A DNA stretch of 64,000 nucleotides, taken from Yuukianura sp. NJ FZ-2021 (lineage: Eukaryota). The notes under the pieces are model-generated. The model saw nothing but the letters and a program-made list of their open reading frames with translations, ran no database searches and had not been told where the DNA came from. A program made the translations under genes and the position numbers. Each line of letters opens with the position of its first letter. Within the stretch, counting starts at the first letter, position 1. Positions 59,899-64,000 of the stretch are shown in pieces. The stretch is from assembly GCA_046563655.1 (NCBI GenBank), contig CM102287.1, positions 2,294,001-2,358,000 on the forward strand, written 5' to 3'.

Positions 59899-61792
59899 TT
59901 AGTGCCTATCGAGTCGACAGAGTGGATTGTTGTAGACCATTTGAAGGTCCACTTTTGGTCCAACCAAGTCTCGAATGTTGTCAATTCCATAACGAATCAT
60001 CGTAGGCCTCTCCAGTGAAAGGCCAAAACCTAAGACACGAACGTCCTCCGGCAGACCCATCGGCAGCAGCATCTCCGGTCGAAACATGCCCGAGTTTCCA
60101 ACCTGAAACGTAACATTTTCAAGTCAAATCTTTCTTGAATTCAGCATAATTTTGGAAATGTCTGTTTTATTAGGTTTTTGAAACCAAGAAGGCTATATTT
60201 ACCTCCACCCATTTCTTCAAACCGGGATGATAGGCGAAAACTTCCATGGAAGGTTCAGTGTATGGATTGTATGCTGGTTTGAAGCGAACTTGGTCAATTC
60301 CTAAGCGACTGAAGAATTGCTTGACTGTTCCGAGTAGATGGCCCAGCGCAATTCCACGATCAGCCACAACTCCCTCCACTTGATGAAACTCTGCCAAATG
60401 TGTTGCATCCAAAGTCTCATTCCGGAAAACTCGGTCAATGGAAAAGAGTTTCATGGGTTTGAAAGGCTTGTTCTGAGCTGTAACATTCCAAGTTCACAAT
60501 TCTAAACATTTGGAGTTGAATTAATAAAAGTTAAGGAAACTTGCCAGCAGCGTAAAGCATTCGAGCACTGTCGGCAGTTGTGTGTGTTCTGAGGACGTTC
60601 TTTTGGGCATCCTCAATCTTCCAATCGTAGCCATATCCCTGGGATCCATAGTCTCCTACAGAGTGGACTTTCTTGACCTTCTCCATGTACGTTGGCTCAA
60701 TGTAGTTGCAGTTGTGAGGTCTTGTGAGGAAGAAAGTGTCATGAGCATCACGGGCCGGATGTTGCTGAGGCTGGAAAAGAGCATCGAAGTTCCAGAAAGA
60801 ACTTTGGATGAAACGATTCGTTGGCATCTCAGAGAAACCCATTTCCAAGAAGATCTGGCGAAATTCCGAACGCACCTACACAAGTTAAATTGATTAATCT
60901 ATCTCATAAATCAGAAGATTAACAGTATGCTGTGATAACGAAAGTTGCTTACTTTGAGTAACGGATGTAGATGTCCACAAGTAACTGGAGTCCCAAGTGA
61001 GTTGAAGTTGTACGTCTTGAACTTCTTGGTTTTCCAACCTCCAGAGGCAAGCAACTCTAACGTCAAGTCCGTCTCCGGTTTCTCAATGGTCGTTGTGAAG
61101 TGATGACCTTTGCTAATTTTGTAAGATGTGACTGTCACTTGTTGCATCAACTTCCTCTTCTTGTAGTCATTCACTGTTGTAGAGTCTACGTTAACTGTCA
61201 CATCCTTGGACAACGACTTTAGATTCTTTTGTACCTAAATAAACAAAAACGTAAGTGTAACACCGATGGGTATACTTCAAGAATAAATAGAAGTAATCGC
61301 TACTTACGATATCAACAATAGAATCCACAGCTCTCACAACTTTTGGCTCTCCGCCTTCCTTTTTAATCTTGAGCCATCCAGCTTGAATCGCTTTGCTCAT
61401 CCCGATTTTCCCAGAAGCTCCAGTAAGTTTATTGAGTTCGGACGTAGCAATTCCTTCATCCCCCGACGGAACTGCAGCGAACACTCTGGCCTCATGACTT
61501 CCATGCTCAACAATCGATTGACCTAACCACAAATGAAACTTTAGAGAAGCTGTATCATGGTTACATTCTAATCAATTGATTAATGTGTTTATGATTTACC
61601 TTCTGGAGTGAGTTCCCACTTGACACTCGTTTTCTGTTCCACATCAATGAGCCCGCCGATGCTCTGGAGGCTTTTGATGGCTCCAACGATTTTCTGGTGA
61701 TCCTCTTCGAATTCCTTGGACAATTGAAGGGAATCAACAAGACCTCCCGTGTGGCTCAAGTACCCCAACACCCTCTCCGGCAACTCACTCAT
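59899..61792 (-). CDS. FARSA: Phenylalanine--tRNA ligase alpha subunit (cytoplasmic)
   Basis: [110 protein letters not shown]. Confidence 0.97.
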
Positions 61793-62647
61793 CCTAACTT
61801 GATAGTACTCAACTAATTAACTGGGAAATAACTAATCTAACCACTAGTCGATCAACACAGTTATCACTAGAAGTTAATTAAACGATTAAAATGTGACAGA
61901 GGCAGAGGAACAGGCTCTCATACGAAAACATATGAAAATGATGCAATGCTTCATGCATGACTTAAACTCCACGGTATTTTTCTATTGTAAAAACCATCGG
62001 CTCAACTGCCCTTTGAATCTTCTTTCCATTTGATTTTGGTGAATAATTTACAACGGACAGTTATCCAATTGATTAATTAAATTAACTAATTTTTTAAAAT
62101 AATTAGAATTTAATTAAACAATTAAAATGAGTTGAAAGTAAATATTTGAAGTTAATTTGAGTTTGTGTTTTGACATTTGTAACATTGAGATGCCCAACTC
62201 GGGAGAGTGTAAAGTAGCTTTTAGTAGGACGGTGACACTGAGATAAAAGAGTCAGCTGTGCTGTACTTGTTTATGTTCAAAGTTCAAGTGTGTGTCTCAA
62301 ATTAGCAATTAACACCGATCAAATTAACAGACAATCAAATCCTCAGACTATGGGGGGTGACCTCTGACCTCTCATTTGGTTCCACTTGTGTCAGTTACAG
62401 TGGTAAGTTCCAAAGGTATTTGTTTTTGTTTTGTCATCTGATTGGGAATGAGGTCATTTGCTTTCTTTATCTCTGTGGTTCTTCGCTCCTATTCATTTTA
62501 TTTTTCTACTGGGTGGTAGTCTAAACACGTTCAAACTGGTTTCTCACTTCATTTTCCAACAAGGACCTTTCGAAATGAAAACGTTTTGTCTTTATAGCTA
62601 CCCTGTGCGGGTTGAAATTTGAAACGGAACGGTCATTGCGTTTCAAA

Positions 62648-64000
62648 ATGAAGAGTTTCGCTAACATTGTCCAACTTCAGAACGCAAGGGAAAGCGATGT
62701 AAGTACAAAGAATCTAATCATCCTAATCCAGAAATTTGCAGAGTTAATCATGGGATATTTGGTGTTAGGTTCGCTATGGGCGGATCATGGTTAATCGTCA
62801 CAAAGTTACTCAAGAGTTTATCAACCGATTGGGAGTGGTCGGAGAATTGGACGGACACACGGGATGTGTCAACTGCTTAGAGTGGAGTTCAGATGGAAGG
62901 TAATCATTCACATCAAAATAACACACATTAAAATGCTGAGCTAAAAAGTATAACATTTGTATTGATTATGTAGGTTGTTGGCCTCGGGATCAGATGATGT
63001 CCACATTTGTATCTGGGATAGTTTCCGCAACAAGAAGCTCAGCTCCTTTGCTACTGGCCATCATGGAAATGTCTTCTCAGTCAAAGTAATAATTAGCAAA
63101 CTAAACAGTATCATTTTCATTACATTCCAGTTTCTCTCAACGTTCGTTTCTCATTTTTTTTCCAGTTTATCCCGAACACTTCCAATATGCAACTTGTTTC
63201 TGGTGCTGCAGACTCGTCAGGTAAATTCATAACTAAATGTCACATTTGTATCTTAGATTGTGCTAATAGTTAGTTATGAGTTCTTATATTCGCCTTTTCT
63301 TGTGTTTCAGTTCGAGTTCACGACACGATTGTTGAGGAATGCTTCCACGTTTGCACTTGTCATGATGCCAGAGTGAAGCGAATAGTCACAGATCCCAATA
63401 CACCTCATCTTTTCTGGAGTGCTGGTGAAGACGGGATGATTTTGCAGCACGATTTGAGAATGTCTCACACTTGTACCTCGGATGCCAAGAAGCCAAAGAA
63501 CGTCCTCATCAATTTGAAGTCTTATATTGGAAGCAGAGGGGAGGCAAAGTGCCTGTCAGTCAATCCAGTTCGGACGGAGCTGATGGCAGTGGGTGCAAAT
63601 GATCCTTACATCAGACTGTATGATCGCAGAATGATCAAAGTGCAATACCAGGAAACTGAAGATGGAACTATATCATCCGATTCTGCCGGGATTCCTTATG
63701 GTGCAGTTCAATACTTCGTACCTGGTAACTTTTTCCTCACTTCTTAGTTCAATACTTTTTTGTAAATTTAAATGTAAAGTGTTTGTAAATTGAAGACTCG
63801 ATGTGTTTCAGGCCACTTGCCTTCGAAAATGTCGGATTACAGACGCAGATATCGCTCACTGGCTTCAACGTACGTCGAGTTTAGTGCGGATGGGACTGAA
63901 CTCCTTGCGAATTTGGGCGGAGAACAAATCTACCTCTTTCCTCTGCGTCCTGATCTCCAGGAAGAACCGATTTTCACATTCAACATCCCAGACGCCACTG
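62648..64000 (+). CDS. WDTC1: WD and tetratricopeptide repeats protein 1 (adipose, DCAF9); runs off the window end
   Basis: ELDGHTGCVNCLEWSSDGRLLASGSDD, TGHHGNVFSVKF, VKRI..PHLFWSAGEDG, EAKCLSVNP..MAVGANDPYIRLYDRR, YFVPGHLP, STYVEFSADGTELLANLGGEQIYLF. Confidence 0.88.

Overview
Eukaryotic, gene-dense arthropod-type DNA with mostly 55-75 nt introns; an RR-1 cuticle gene and TTAGG-type repeats point to an arthropod, and a springtail is only a guess. Genes in order: TULP4 (5' truncated), RR-1 cuticle protein, PKA regulatory subunit type I, striatin/Cka, ORC4, a small Cys-rich secreted gene (-), GRHPR (-), a ~26 kb dystrophin with several alternative first exons, PheRS alpha (-) and WDTC1/adp (3' truncated). 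Mobile DNA: a full-length BEL/Pao LTR retrotransposon (both LTRs, PBS, 5-bp TSD, intact ORF), a 490-bp MITE with an 8-bp TSD, and a foldback element carrying TTAGG-like repeats. The most notable item is a 3.2 kb non-coding element with 114-bp TIRs ending AGTAGT...ACTACT (Maverick/Polinton-like termini). Its interior is three different satellite arrays, and it sits in what looks like the splice acceptor of a dystrophin first coding exon. Other signals: several perfect AGGTCA-N-AGGTCA (DR1) motifs, a palindrome with E2F sites upstream of ORC4, and long intronic or intergenic hairpins. All coordinates, alignments and counts were done by eye and may be off by a few bases; family calls come from recalled motifs, not database searches.
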